64,000 nt of DNA, taken from NCBI GenBank assembly GCA_034432655.1, contig DAOUBP010000096.1, positions 1,849 to 65,848 on the forward strand, read 5' to 3'. Within the stretch, counting starts at the first letter, position 1. Each line of letters starts with the position of its first letter. Source of the stretch: Anaerolineae bacterium. GTDB lineage: Bacteria > Chloroflexota > Anaerolineae > CG2-30-64-16. Below, piece by piece: positions 30,468 through 40,300 of the stretch. The notes below the pieces were generated by a model. It saw nothing but the letters and a program-made list of their open reading frames with translations, was not told where the DNA came from and made no database searches. A program made the position numbers and the translations under genes.

Positions 30468-31703
30468 ATGCAACGACGGGCCTTGAGCCAGGACGCCTGG
30501 TTGATCTTCGGGTTGGCGTTGGTGTTACGCCTCGCCTATTTGATCTGGTTTGTCGGGCCTGATTACCGGCCGGAGTTCGACGCGCGTGAGTATCACGAGA
30601 TCGCGGTCAGCCTGGCCACAGGCCGCGGCTTTGCCCTGGCCGACGGCACGCCGACAGCCATCCGGCCGCCGCTCTTCCCGCTGGTTCTTGCTGCAGTCTA
30701 CCGGCTGACCGGCAGCGAAAACTATGCCGCGGGGCTGGTTGTGCAGGCTTTGATCGGCGCCGGGATCGCCCTGGCGGTCCTGGTCGTGGGCCGGCGCTTC
30801 AGCCGACAGGTTGGCGTGCTGGCCGGCCTGATGGCGGCCACTTATCCTTTGTTGATCTTCGCGGGCGGCAGCTTGCTGACCGAGCCGTTGTTCATCCTGC
30901 TGGTGGTTCTGGCCATGGATGCCGCCCTGGCTGGCCTGGCGAAACCATCAGTTAAGCAGGGCGTGTGGTTGGGGCTCTGGTTGGGCCTGGCGGGGCTGGC
31001 GCGGCCCAACGGCCTGTTGCTGGCGTTCTTCTTGGCCGCCTGGGTACTGCTGGTGGCCAGGGGAAGCTGGCGTCAGCGCTTCAACATGATCGCAAGCGCT
31101 GCAGCCCTGGTGGCATTGGTGACATTGCCGTGGGTCATGCGTAACTACTTCGTTTTTCGCTCGTTCATTCCCTCGACGACTATGGGCGGCGCGGTGCTGT
31201 TCGGGGCTTATAACGAACGCGTCCTGAACGAACCGGCCCTACGTGGGGACTGGGTTTCCCCGTGCGAGGTGCCTGGCGCGGGCTGGACCTGTGGGCTGGA
31301 TGAAGTCAGCCGGGATGCGGCCTGGCGGGCGTTGGCGGTGGTGTTTGTCCGTGATCATCTGGCCGACTTGCCCTTGATGGTCTGGTGGCGTTTCATCAAG
31401 TTCTGGCACCTTTATCCGTTTACCCACGGTTTTCCGGCCAACGTGGGCTTCTGGTACTATGCAGCGGTGGCGCTGCTGGCGGTTGGCGGCATATGGGCGT
31501 TGCGCAGGTCGTGGCGGCAGGTGGGCGTGTTGCTGGCGGTCATCGCGTGCTTCATGGCCACCGCGCTGATTTTTTGGGGCGGCTTTCGCATGCGCGCGCC
31601 GGCCGAGCCGGCGTTGATCGTGTTGGCAGCCGGAGCCCTGGCCGCCCTCTGGCGCAGCAAGTTGTCACAGACCGCCGGGTTTGGAAAGATGGCCGATTTA
31701 TGA
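30468..31703 (+). CDS. GT-C fold membrane glycosyltransferase (PMT_2 / ArnT-like, GT39/GT83-type)
   Basis: GGAGC RBS; start chosen at MQRRALSQ (longest ORF from 30375 overlaps upstream gene); early loop DAREYHEIA; ~11 TM. Confidence 0.55.
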   Translation: MQRRALSQDAWLIFGLALVLRLAYLIWFVGPDYRPEFDAREYHEIAVSLATGRGFALADGTPTAIRPPLFPLVLAAVYRLTGSENYAAGLVVQALIGAGIALAVLVVGRRFSRQVGVLAGLMAATYPLLIFAGGSLLTEPLFILLVVLAMDAALAGLAKPSVKQGVWLGLWLGLAGLARPNGLLLAFFLAAWVLLVARGSWRQRFNMIASAAALVALVTLPWVMRNYFVFRSFIPSTTMGGAVLFGAYNERVLNEPALRGDWVSPCEVPGAGWTCGLDEVSRDAAWRALAVVFVRDHLADLPLMVWWRFIKFWHLYPFTHGFPANVGFWYYAAVALLAVGGIWALRRSWRQVGVLLAVIACFMATALIFWGGFRMRAPAEPALIVLAAGALAALWRSKLSQTAGFGKMADL

Positions 31704-31780
31704 TAGACTCTGGCCCGGCACATCAAAGGGGAGGGTTATGCCCTCCCCTTTATGCGCTCTAACAGGGTAATGTTGCAAAA

Positions 31781-31820
31781 TGAACAGAAAGCCAGCCGCT
31801 TCTGTTCATCTGTTTTTCAC
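31781..31820 (+). terminator. Intrinsic terminator after GT-C gene
   Basis: tgaacagaa-agccagccgc-ttctgttca followed by tctgtttttcac; a second hairpin (aaaggggaggg-ttatg-ccctccccttt) sits at 31725-31751. Confidence 0.5.
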
Positions 31821-31831
31821 TTTCCTGTCTT

Positions 31832-33040
31832 ATGCTGGGCTCGTCGGCGTGCTCACCTGCGCCGGGCCAGCGCATGGCAGTGCGATGGAGAGTTTTTTTG
31901 AGCGGTAACGATAAACTGACGCTGAAGAAACTGGCTTCGGTTGATTGGGGTTCACTGGTGCGCGGGGCTTTTGATTACAATGTGCGCGCCCATTTTCAGA
32001 CGCTTCCCCCCAGAGTCTTACAGTTGATCACTAACTACCGCTGTAATGCCCGCTGTGTCATGTGCAACATCTGGCAGATGCCACATAAGCACGAGATGAC
32101 AGTGGGCGAGCTGGCGGCGCTGATGGACCCTGATCCGATTTTCGACCAGATCGAGCAACTGACCATCGCCGGCGGCGAGTCATCGTTGCGCACCGACGTG
32201 GTGGAGCTGGTCGGTTACACCCTTCAGCGCATGCCGAAACTGCGCACCCTCTCGATGGTCACCAACGGTTTTCTGCCGCCGCGGGTTTTGCAGCAAGTAG
32301 CCGGGGTGTTGGAGCTGTTGGAACCGCGCGGGGTGAAGCTGAGCATGTCGGTCTCGCTGGACGGCATCGGCACCATGCACGACCGGGTGCGCGGCATCCC
32401 CGGTGGCTTTGCGAAGGCACTGGAGACCCTGACCGGTTTGCAAGCGTTGCAGAAAGAGCACGACTTCTGGCTGGGGGTTGGTTATGTGGTGATGCACCAG
32501 AACCTGCGCCACGCGCGGGAGTTTCGTGATTGGGCCAGGGCGCGCGGCATCACCGTCGGCTTCCAACTGGTCGGCTTCCACGAGAGCTATGTGGGCAACC
32601 TCGACCGGCAGAACGACGTGGACTTCCGGCCCGAAGACCGGGAGGAGCTGATCGCCTTTATGCAGGAGCTGGCAGAACAGCGTTCGCTGCGCAATTACCC
32701 CGCGTTCTACTGGGCCGATATGCTGCGTATGTATCGCGACGGCGCGCCGCGTACCACGCCCTGTCCTTTCACCCTGGAAGGGCTGGCGCTGGACGCCTAC
32801 GGCGATGTTTTCTACTGTCTTTCCACCCCGGCCATCGGCAACGTGATCCGCGAACAACGCTCGGTGAGTGACATCTACTACGACCCTAAAAACCTGCATT
32901 ACCGGGCCCAAGAGATGCGCAAGCGCATCTGCACGCAGTGTAACAGCGCGTGCGGCACCGAAATCGCCATCAAGAAGGATGTGAAGAAATATCTGAGGTT
33001 CCTGGTGACCGGGAACCCGCCAAGAGGAGAACATCTATGA
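31832..33040 (+). CDS. Radical SAM enzyme with C-terminal Cys-rich (SPASM/twitch-like) extension
   Basis: C-x3-C-x2-C in NYRCNARCVMCNIW; C-terminal CPF...C...CTQCNSACG; true start may be an internal Met; stop overlaps next gene start (ATGA). Confidence 0.65.
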   Translation: MLGSSACSPAPGQRMAVRWRVFLSGNDKLTLKKLASVDWGSLVRGAFDYNVRAHFQTLPPRVLQLITNYRCNARCVMCNIWQMPHKHEMTVGELAALMDPDPIFDQIEQLTIAGGESSLRTDVVELVGYTLQRMPKLRTLSMVTNGFLPPRVLQQVAGVLELLEPRGVKLSMSVSLDGIGTMHDRVRGIPGGFAKALETLTGLQALQKEHDFWLGVGYVVMHQNLRHAREFRDWARARGITVGFQLVGFHESYVGNLDRQNDVDFRPEDREELIAFMQELAEQRSLRNYPAFYWADMLRMYRDGAPRTTPCPFTLEGLALDAYGDVFYCLSTPAIGNVIREQRSVSDIYYDPKNLHYRAQEMRKRICTQCNSACGTEIAIKKDVKKYLRFLVTGNPPRGEHL

Positions 33041-36012
33041 AAAAGAGACAATTGACCATTCTGGCAGCTATCAGCGCCGTCGTCCTGCTGGTAACCGCTG
33101 CGGCCGTCGGCGCCGCGCCCGCCAGCACCCGGCCGGCCGCCGATCCCTTGCCTGGCGAACGGCCGGCTGCACAGGCGCCCGCAGCCGTGCCCGATAACCT
33201 GGCCGCGGGCCGGGCCCCGGGCGTTTACTACCTGGATTACGGCGGGACGATTGTGGACCCCACGCAGTATCCGGTGCAGGGCGCTCTGCGCTTTTTCGGC
33301 TGGAGCACTCTACAGACCGGGCCGAACAGTTACAGTTGGAACGCGTTGGACAATTGGATCGCGGAGCGCAAGGGGCGTGGGCTGAGCACCGGCGTCTTCA
33401 TCAGCACCTACGACGGCAAGTACGACGGCGACATCCGTTCGACTCCCAATTTCGTGATCGAGACCCCGGGCACGATGATCGTAACCCCCGAGTACATCAA
33501 TTACTACCAATTCAGCCAGAACGGCAGCTTTGAGACCTCCACCCCGGTGCATGGTTATCTGTATGCCTGGGACAAGGCGGGCGATGCTTCCGGTGAGGTT
33601 GCACCCGGCGGCAGCCACGCGGCGAAGCTGGGCGGTGTGGAGGGCGGCACAGGCAGCATCACCCATTGGACCGTGCGCGTGCCGGCCATGCCGCCGGAGC
33701 TGACCAGCGGCACCAAGATGGAGCTGAAATATAAGCTTTATGTTGCTACCACTGACGTTAACCCCAACGCCGACCAGTTGTTCGTGGAACTTCTGGATCA
33801 GGAGAGCAATTTGCTGGCCAGCGTTGCCGCCCACTCCAACACCAGCGACGCCACCGGGACCTGGCTCAACATCGGCCCATTGGACTTAAGCTCCTATGTC
33901 GGCCGCGAACTGCGGCTGCGCTTTCGCGCGTTGAACGATGCGACCGCGCCCACCACCTTCTGGGTGGACGACGTGGAGCTGCGGGTGCGTCTGATCATCC
34001 CCAAGTATTGGGGTGATCCGTACAAGAACCTCTATCGCACGTTCGTTACTGAGTTGGGTAAGCGGTTGAGCGGCAACAGTGATGTTGACTTCGTCGCTAT
34101 CGGCACCGGCCTGCACGGTGAGACCCAGCCGTGCGACACCGAGCACCAGGGTTACCTGGAGGCTGCCGGCCTGAACTCTGACTTATGGGTGGCCACGGCA
34201 AACGAGATCACCAGCATGTACAGGGCGGCGTTCTCCGACAGCAGGGGGAACTTGAAGAAAAACCTGTTGCTGCAGTATGCGCCGTATTTTAAATACGCCT
34301 GGGAACGCGAAGCGATGAGCCGTTTCGCGGCGGAGAACGGCGTTGGCCTGTCCTACAATGGCCTGCTGCCGGACTGGGTGGGCAGCTATAGGAGCGACGG
34401 CACCGCTTCCTACGACCCCATCCGCAAGTATTGGAGCCTCGTCCCGGTGGCCTGGGAGACGTACACCTACATGCTGTGCACGCCGGTCTTCACCTATTGG
34501 TCCCTTTTTAGCGCGCTGGACAAACACGCCGATTATGTGCGCATCGGGGACGACTTGCTGACGGGGCCGCAAGGCACTTCCAACAAGCCGTTCTTCGAAT
34601 GGGCGAAGAAGTATTGGGGCCAGACCGGACAGACCACGCCGGGCGCCTGGGTGGTGATGCGCGAGCATCGCAACCCCACCCCTTACTGTCACTCCTCGTC
34701 CTATCCCACCTACGTGTATCAGGGCTCGGATGGTGGGCCATGGATCTACGTCCCCGGCGGCGATGTGCGGGGGTCCACCTACCCGCAGTTTGGCAACTAC
34801 TCTTTCTACCTGTACCAGGATGATGGCATCCCCGGCGGCCGCACGGTGCCTGAGACGAACGACAAGGGGGCTGACAGCCGGTATGCCTTTAATCCTGTAA
34901 CCGGTGCCAAGTGGACCGATGCAGGTTTGGGCAACTGCCCAACGGTCAACGATTACGCCAGCGTACTTTACCCGCCCGATTACCCCTGCAACAAACAGCC
35001 ATATAATCCTGATCTGCCGCCTCTGGGCTCGAACCCGAGCAATTACTACGCACCTTCCTCCTGGACCGACGCGGGGAAGGAAGCGTGGGTGGTGCGCCGC
35101 ACCGACCAGGACACAGGCAACCGCTACATGTGGTTTGTGTTCGACAACAGCTTCATCAGTGATGGCGATTCGAAGATCCACAGTGTCACAATCACCGTCA
35201 AGTACTTCGACATCGGCACCGACACCTGGACCCTGCGTTACGACAGCAGCAGCGGTGAGAAGGTCGCCGGCACGATCACCAAGACCAACACAAAGCAACT
35301 GAAGGAACAGGTCTTCACCATCACCGACGGCAAGTTCTCCGGCCGGCTGACGGGCGGCGCCGACTTCGTGTTGGACTGCAACAACGACGGCAACGAGTGG
35401 GTGCACATGGTGGAGGTGGTTAAATTAAGCTCCGTGACGCCGACGCCCACGCCGACCGCGACCGCAACGGCTACGGCCACGCCTACTATCACCCCGACGG
35501 CTACGCCTTCCCCCACGGGGACGCCGACCACGGGGATTGTCACAGGTTATACATTTCATGATCTGAACGGTGATTTTGAGAAAGGCGCAGGCGAACCGGG
35601 CCTGCCCGGCGCAGTGGTGGTGCTCAAGCCGGGCCTGGTCGGCACCACCGAAGCTTACACGGCTACTTCCGATGTGAACGGCCAGTTTGTCTTCGGCGCG
35701 GTGGCGCCTGGCCAGTACAGGATCGCCGTCAAGACGGCGCCGGCAGGGTTCCAGCCCCTCCTAGTGGATGCGATCCTGGTGGTCAGCGTCAATGCGACCA
35801 CAACCTTCAATATCCCGCATCAGCTTGCGCCGACTGCCACGCCGACGGCGACCAGCACGGCCACGCCGACGGCAACACTGACGGCTACACCGACGGCGAC
35901 CAGCACGGCCACGCCGACGCCGACGCTGACGGCGACGCCGACCGCAACCTTGACGCCGACGCCTGTTCACAGGCGAACCTATCTGCCGTTGGTGCTTTCC
36001 AGCGCTCCATAA
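33037..36012 (+). CDS. Secreted GH-like (TIM-barrel-type, family unassigned) protein, paralog 1: CBM4/9-like module (NGSFE...), SdrD-B-like domain, TP linkers, C-terminal YLPLVLSSAP
   Basis: AGGAGA RBS; signal peptide MKKRQLTILAAISAVVLLVTAAAVGA; shares G-x-[YH]-GE-[TN]-x-P and APY[FY]KY blocks with genes at 40301 and 43991. Confidence 0.8.
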   Translation: MKKRQLTILAAISAVVLLVTAAAVGAAPASTRPAADPLPGERPAAQAPAAVPDNLAAGRAPGVYYLDYGGTIVDPTQYPVQGALRFFGWSTLQTGPNSYSWNALDNWIAERKGRGLSTGVFISTYDGKYDGDIRSTPNFVIETPGTMIVTPEYINYYQFSQNGSFETSTPVHGYLYAWDKAGDASGEVAPGGSHAAKLGGVEGGTGSITHWTVRVPAMPPELTSGTKMELKYKLYVATTDVNPNADQLFVELLDQESNLLASVAAHSNTSDATGTWLNIGPLDLSSYVGRELRLRFRALNDATAPTTFWVDDVELRVRLIIPKYWGDPYKNLYRTFVTELGKRLSGNSDVDFVAIGTGLHGETQPCDTEHQGYLEAAGLNSDLWVATANEITSMYRAAFSDSRGNLKKNLLLQYAPYFKYAWEREAMSRFAAENGVGLSYNGLLPDWVGSYRSDGTASYDPIRKYWSLVPVAWETYTYMLCTPVFTYWSLFSALDKHADYVRIGDDLLTGPQGTSNKPFFEWAKKYWGQTGQTTPGAWVVMREHRNPTPYCHSSSYPTYVYQGSDGGPWIYVPGGDVRGSTYPQFGNYSFYLYQDDGIPGGRTVPETNDKGADSRYAFNPVTGAKWTDAGLGNCPTVNDYASVLYPPDYPCNKQPYNPDLPPLGSNPSNYYAPSSWTDAGKEAWVVRRTDQDTGNRYMWFVFDNSFISDGDSKIHSVTITVKYFDIGTDTWTLRYDSSSGEKVAGTITKTNTKQLKEQVFTITDGKFSGRLTGGADFVLDCNNDGNEWVHMVEVVKLSSVTPTPTPTATATATATPTITPTATPSPTGTPTTGIVTGYTFHDLNGDFEKGAGEPGLPGAVVVLKPGLVGTTEAYTATSDVNGQFVFGAVAPGQYRIAVKTAPAGFQPLLVDAILVVSVNATTTFNIPHQLAPTATPTATSTATPTATLTATPTATSTATPTPTLTATPTATLTPTPVHRRTYLPLVLSSAP
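35980..36000 (+). other. C-terminal YLPLVLS motif (followed by SAP-stop)
   Basis: ...PTPVHRRTYLPLVLSSAP-stop. Confidence 0.75.
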
Positions 36013-36172
36013 CGCGTCTGATACAACGGTAGCGTGTTCTCGACGCTCCGGGCCCTGGTTGCCTGATCCGGCCAGGGTCCGGAGCGTGTCTCTTGTCTCG
36101 GAGACTTCGGCAATGCCTGTTGTCCCGCCTGCCCGCTCACAAGTTCCCGCCCGTGTCCTGGCATCCTCAAGG

Positions 36173-37789
36173 ATGTCAAGATGGTTTCCTCTTGGTATCG
36201 TCCTGTTGATGACGGCCAGCCTGTTTGGGCTTTCCGGAGCGCTCAGTCGAGATGTAGCAGCCCGCGCGGCCGGATCAAGCCAGTGGGTACAAGAGCTTCC
36301 GACGCCGACGCTGGTACCCGGCACCGGCGCGATCGTAGGCCTGGTGTGGCACGATTTGAACAGTAACGGTTTGCGAGAGGCGGGCGAACCGCCCCTGGCC
36401 GGGGTGTTGCTATCCCTGGCACAGTCAAACGGCACCGTTGTGGCCACGGCACTTTCAGGTGAGGATGGCCGTTACCGCCTGGCGAACCTGGATCCGGGCC
36501 TGTATCAACTTGTGGCAACCCCTCCGACAGGCTACCAGCTGACCACGCCGGGCCTGTTCAACGTTTACGTTTCTGCCGGCAATGTGCTGACCATTGATTT
36601 CGGCGCGCGTCTTGTGCCCACGCCGACCCCGACCGCCACCCCGGTGCCTCGTTTGGATACCGACAGTGCAACCTTTGCCTGGTGTGGCAGTGTCATCTAC
36701 GGCACCACGCAAAACAAATCGAACAACGTCAGCAGCTATGGCTGTCGGCCTCATTGGCCCGAAACCGGGCCAGAGGTGGTCTACCGGATAGAGCTTAACC
36801 GGACACAGTCTTTCTCCGCTGCTTTCAGGATGACTACTGCTGATCTCGACTTGTTCCTGTTGCGGAGCGCCTTTCCGGAAAGTTGTGTCGCTGCTGGGGA
36901 CAACTATCTTGCGCTTGAGGCCTCGCCTGGCCTTTATTATCTGGTTGTTGACGGGTATGATGGTGCTGTCGGTGATTATGTGTTGAAGGTGGAGTGCCCT
37001 TTTGAGGTGCAGGCAACTCCTACACCCACGTTCACTCCCTCGCCAACTCCCACGGTCACACCGACCTTCACCCCCGGGCCGACAGCAACCCCAACCGCCA
37101 CACCGATCCCACACTGGCACTACCTGCCCCTGGTCGTGCGGCAGCCGGTTAGTGTCGTGGGCCCCCCTTCGCTGATGGTGTTTCAGCAAGGGCTTCAACA
37201 GTACAACGGGGTTGTTGATACTACTTTGAGCGCCTGGCAGCCCGACACCGCATTGGGCGGAAGTCCCCGCTTGTCGTTGCGTTATAACCAACAGACGGTT
37301 GAAACCACCCACATGGCGCCTTTGTTGCGGTTTGATTTGGGCTTGCTTCCGGCCAGCTCACAGATCGTTTCCGCCACGTTGGCCCTCTACGTGATTGAAC
37401 TGGAGCGGCCTGAGGACATCCGCGGGGAAGTCTATGGCCTGTTGGTGCCCTGGCGCGGTGAAACAGCCACCTGGCGACAGCGGGATGTGGGCCTGCCCTG
37501 GAATCGTCCCGGCGCGCAGGGGGCGGGCAGTGATCACATGGCCTGGCGGAGCGATAGCCAGCTCATCACCAGCAGTGGTCGTTGGGTGACCTTTGACGTC
37601 TCTGGGCTTGTGAGAACCTGGTTGGCGCAGCCTCTATCTAATTACGGCATGGTGGTCCTGGCTCAGCCCGGAGAGAGCGGGAGCAATCTCCAGGTTGATT
37701 TCGCCAGTAGTGAATACGGGGAGGTGAGCCTTCGCCCTAAGTTGACAGTGGCCTATCTGGTGCCTTTGGCTGCCAGTAACAGCCGTTGA
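36173..37789 (+). CDS. Secreted protein: SdrD-B-like domain + PPC/P-domain-like Cys-containing domain + TP linker + internal YLPLVVR + DNRLRE-like domain
   Basis: start chosen at MSRWFPLGIVLLMTASLFGLSGALS signal peptide (ORF opens at 36059); C-terminal 230 aa homologous to the DNRLRE-like region of paralogs A-C. Confidence 0.7.
   Translation: MSRWFPLGIVLLMTASLFGLSGALSRDVAARAAGSSQWVQELPTPTLVPGTGAIVGLVWHDLNSNGLREAGEPPLAGVLLSLAQSNGTVVATALSGEDGRYRLANLDPGLYQLVATPPTGYQLTTPGLFNVYVSAGNVLTIDFGARLVPTPTPTATPVPRLDTDSATFAWCGSVIYGTTQNKSNNVSSYGCRPHWPETGPEVVYRIELNRTQSFSAAFRMTTADLDLFLLRSAFPESCVAAGDNYLALEASPGLYYLVVDGYDGAVGDYVLKVECPFEVQATPTPTFTPSPTPTVTPTFTPGPTATPTATPIPHWHYLPLVVRQPVSVVGPPSLMVFQQGLQQYNGVVDTTLSAWQPDTALGGSPRLSLRYNQQTVETTHMAPLLRFDLGLLPASSQIVSATLALYVIELERPEDIRGEVYGLLVPWRGETATWRQRDVGLPWNRPGAQGAGSDHMAWRSDSQLITSSGRWVTFDVSGLVRTWLAQPLSNYGMVVLAQPGESGSNLQVDFASSEYGEVSLRPKLTVAYLVPLAASNSR
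37121..37141 (+). other. Internal YLPLVVR motif after TP linker
   Basis: ...TATPIPHWHYLPLVVRQPVSVVGPP...; same context (linker, basic/His residues, motif) as the C-terminal copies. Confidence 0.75.
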
Positions 37790-37804
37790 ACGCGCAGTGA
37801 GGCC

Positions 37805-39367
37805 TTGGTGAGAACGCAGAACCGAACAGCTTTCAGCCTGAAGGCCCATCCCGCGTGGTTGTGGGCGCTGTGGATCGTGATCACGGGCGTGACTTTGGCC
37901 ACCCGATACAACTGGCCGCTGACCGAAGACGCCGTCATGTATGCCCTTGACATCATGCGGCTCGATCGCGTGGGGCCCAGTGCCTGGCCGGCCGTGTTCA
38001 ACGGCGAGCTGTCGTTCGGCTACTATTGGTTGCTGCTGCAGCTATATCGTCTCTGGCATTCGCACGAGCAGCTTGTGGTTGCCCTGGCCCTGATCAACGT
38101 ATTCAGCAGCGCCATCGTTATCGGGCTTGTGATGTACCTTGCGCAACGATGGTTTGGCTACATCGTAGCTTTTTTTGCCGGGCCGCTATCGGCTCTGGCG
38201 CCTGCGTTCTGGCAGTTAAGCCGATACGGCCACCCAACCATGCCTACCCTGGCGGCCTTCCTGGGTGCTTTGGCCGCTTTGGACCGCGCAATCAGCGACC
38301 GGCAGGTTCGTTGGCTGCCGGCTGCCCTGTTCGTCCTGCTGACGATGGCCGCTTATCTTCTGCGCCTGGATGTTTTGCTGTTGGCCCCGACTTATCTGGT
38401 GTTCGTCGTGTGGCGGGGGCACGCTGTGCGCCGACAAATGGTGCTGGTGTTGGCCCTGTGGGGTGTGGCAGTCATCGGATATCTGGCCATCCGGCTGCTT
38501 GGCCTGGGATATATCTTGACCCCCGGTGGTGGCAGCTTTTTGTTGCACGTGGGGCGGACGTTGCACCACGGTACCCTGGCGAGCAACGTCGCCAAGAACG
38601 CCGCCTTGTGGGCGATGGGCCTTAATCCGCTGGTTGGGCTGGCAGCAGGTGCGACCGTGCTCGGCAGCCTGTGGCGCCGCCAGCTCTGGCCAGCGCTTTT
38701 CCTGGCCGTCTGGTTGCTGCCTGTGGGGGTCTGGTTGCCGTTCTATGCGCTGGATTTCTCGCGCATTGCCACGTTGAGCGTCCCGGCCGCCGCGTTGGCC
38801 GCGGCCTTGTTGCCGGTTCAGTTTGCCCGGCGGAAGCCGTTGCTTTGGTCGGCGGGCTTGTTGGCAGGCGCCCAGCTGGTCATGGCGTTGATCTACCCTC
38901 TGGCTGTACACGTCTACGCGCCGAAGACCGTATATCAGGGCCGGCCGTTGGCTGCTGTGCCGCTCGGCTTTGTGTGGGAGGACACGGTCTTCCGCCAGCG
39001 CTACTTGGATGAGCGTTGGCGCATCGCACAGCAGGTGGCGGCTGTCGAGGATGCAGACGTCCTGATCGTGGGCGCCTCTAATCTGATGTTGTATCGCCTG
39101 GCACTGGCGACGACACGGAATGTCTGGGAGGAGGAGAAAGGGACAGTGGCGGGCATCCCGATCAGCTTGCTCCGTACGGCTCAGAACCGTTTCTATCTGT
39201 TCGATGCCGATGACTGCCCGGGGTGCCGGCAGCCGCTGGCGACGTTGCTCAACGGTTTAGATTCGGGCTCGCTGGCTGTGCATGCGGTGCCTTTCGATAC
39301 GCGCTTTCAAGCGCAGGCGGTTCTGCTCAGAGATGTTGAGTCGGCGCATTGGTTGCAGGGCAGGTGA
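37805..39367 (+). CDS. Polytopic membrane protein with C-terminal soluble domain, GT-C-like (PMT/ArnT-like) candidate
   Basis: 520 aa, ~11 TM in the first 370 aa, early loop TEDAVMYALDIMRLDR. Confidence 0.45.
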   Translation: MVRTQNRTAFSLKAHPAWLWALWIVITGVTLATRYNWPLTEDAVMYALDIMRLDRVGPSAWPAVFNGELSFGYYWLLLQLYRLWHSHEQLVVALALINVFSSAIVIGLVMYLAQRWFGYIVAFFAGPLSALAPAFWQLSRYGHPTMPTLAAFLGALAALDRAISDRQVRWLPAALFVLLTMAAYLLRLDVLLLAPTYLVFVVWRGHAVRRQMVLVLALWGVAVIGYLAIRLLGLGYILTPGGGSFLLHVGRTLHHGTLASNVAKNAALWAMGLNPLVGLAAGATVLGSLWRRQLWPALFLAVWLLPVGVWLPFYALDFSRIATLSVPAAALAAALLPVQFARRKPLLWSAGLLAGAQLVMALIYPLAVHVYAPKTVYQGRPLAAVPLGFVWEDTVFRQRYLDERWRIAQQVAAVEDADVLIVGASNLMLYRLALATTRNVWEEEKGTVAGIPISLLRTAQNRFYLFDADDCPGCRQPLATLLNGLDSGSLAVHAVPFDTRFQAQAVLLRDVESAHWLQGR

Positions 39368-39397
39368 CAGCTTCATTATGGCAGAACTTACATCTTT

Positions 39398-39445
39398 TTG
39401 ACCTGGTCTGTTTATGCCGTGTTCATCTTGGTGTAATAGAATGCC
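39398..39445 (+). promoter_or_regulatory. AT-rich island with TTGACC and TAGAAT hexamers upstream of the sugar-transferase gene
   Basis: ctttttgacctggtctgtttatgccgtgttcatcttggtgtaatagaat; spacing non-canonical. Confidence 0.2.
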
Positions 39446-39536
39446 TATGGATTCACTGGGAGAGCAACAAAAGAGGTGGTCTTCTGCGAGACCCCTGGCC
39501 AGCAATCACTCTCGTCAAGAGGAGGACGTTCTTCCT

Positions 39537-40268
39537 ATGCTCAGCGAGCACTTTCAACCGCTAACATGGCAGCAACAAGTTGTGCGCCAAGATCGGCTTG
39601 TGGCATGGGATGCTCTGGCTCGTGGGATCTATCCGGCGGCAAAACGCATTATGGACCTGGTCTTATCCGTATTTCTCTTGATTGTCGCCGCACCGCTCAT
39701 GGCCGTTATTGCACTCGCTATCAAGCTTGATTCCCCCGGCCCGGTGCTGTATGTCCAACGTCGGGTCGGTCTGAACGGTCGCGTCTTCGACTTCTACAAA
39801 TTCCGTTCGATGACCAACGGTCATGATCATACCCAGGAACATCGCGCGTTTGCGCGAGCCTATATCAACGGCGAGCAAGTGTCGTCTTTGCGCGATAGCA
39901 ATGGTAAAGCAATTTTCAAGCCCGCTTCCAACGGCCATCAGGTGACCCGTATCGGCCGTCTACTGCGACGCACCAGCCTGGACGAACTGCCGCAACTTTT
40001 CAATGTGATTAAGGGGGATATGAGCCTGGTGGGCCCGCGTCCCTCCATTGATTATGAAGTCGAGATGTATACCGATTATCATCGCCAGCGCCTGGCGGTG
40101 TTACCCGGCCTCACCGGTTGGGCACAGATCAACGGTCGCAGCAGCCTGGCTTTTGATGAGATTGTGGCCCTGGACCTGGAGTATATTGCCCAGCGATCTT
40201 TGTGCAAGGATCTGAGCATCCTTGTGGGGACCCTGCCGGTTATCCTGCAGGCCGACAGCGCAGGTTGA
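39537..40268 (+). CDS. Polyprenyl-phosphate sugar-1-phosphate transferase (bacterial sugar transferase family; WbaP/WcaJ/PglC-like initiating enzyme)
   Basis: GAGGAGGA RBS; [27 protein letters not shown] then [21 protein letters not shown] signature. Confidence 0.85.
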   Translation: MLSEHFQPLTWQQQVVRQDRLVAWDALARGIYPAAKRIMDLVLSVFLLIVAAPLMAVIALAIKLDSPGPVLYVQRRVGLNGRVFDFYKFRSMTNGHDHTQEHRAFARAYINGEQVSSLRDSNGKAIFKPASNGHQVTRIGRLLRRTSLDELPQLFNVIKGDMSLVGPRPSIDYEVEMYTDYHRQRLAVLPGLTGWAQINGRSSLAFDEIVALDLEYIAQRSLCKDLSILVGTLPVILQADSAG

Positions 40269-40300
40269 TGCCGGCGCTTGCATAGGTCCGGTCAACGTAG

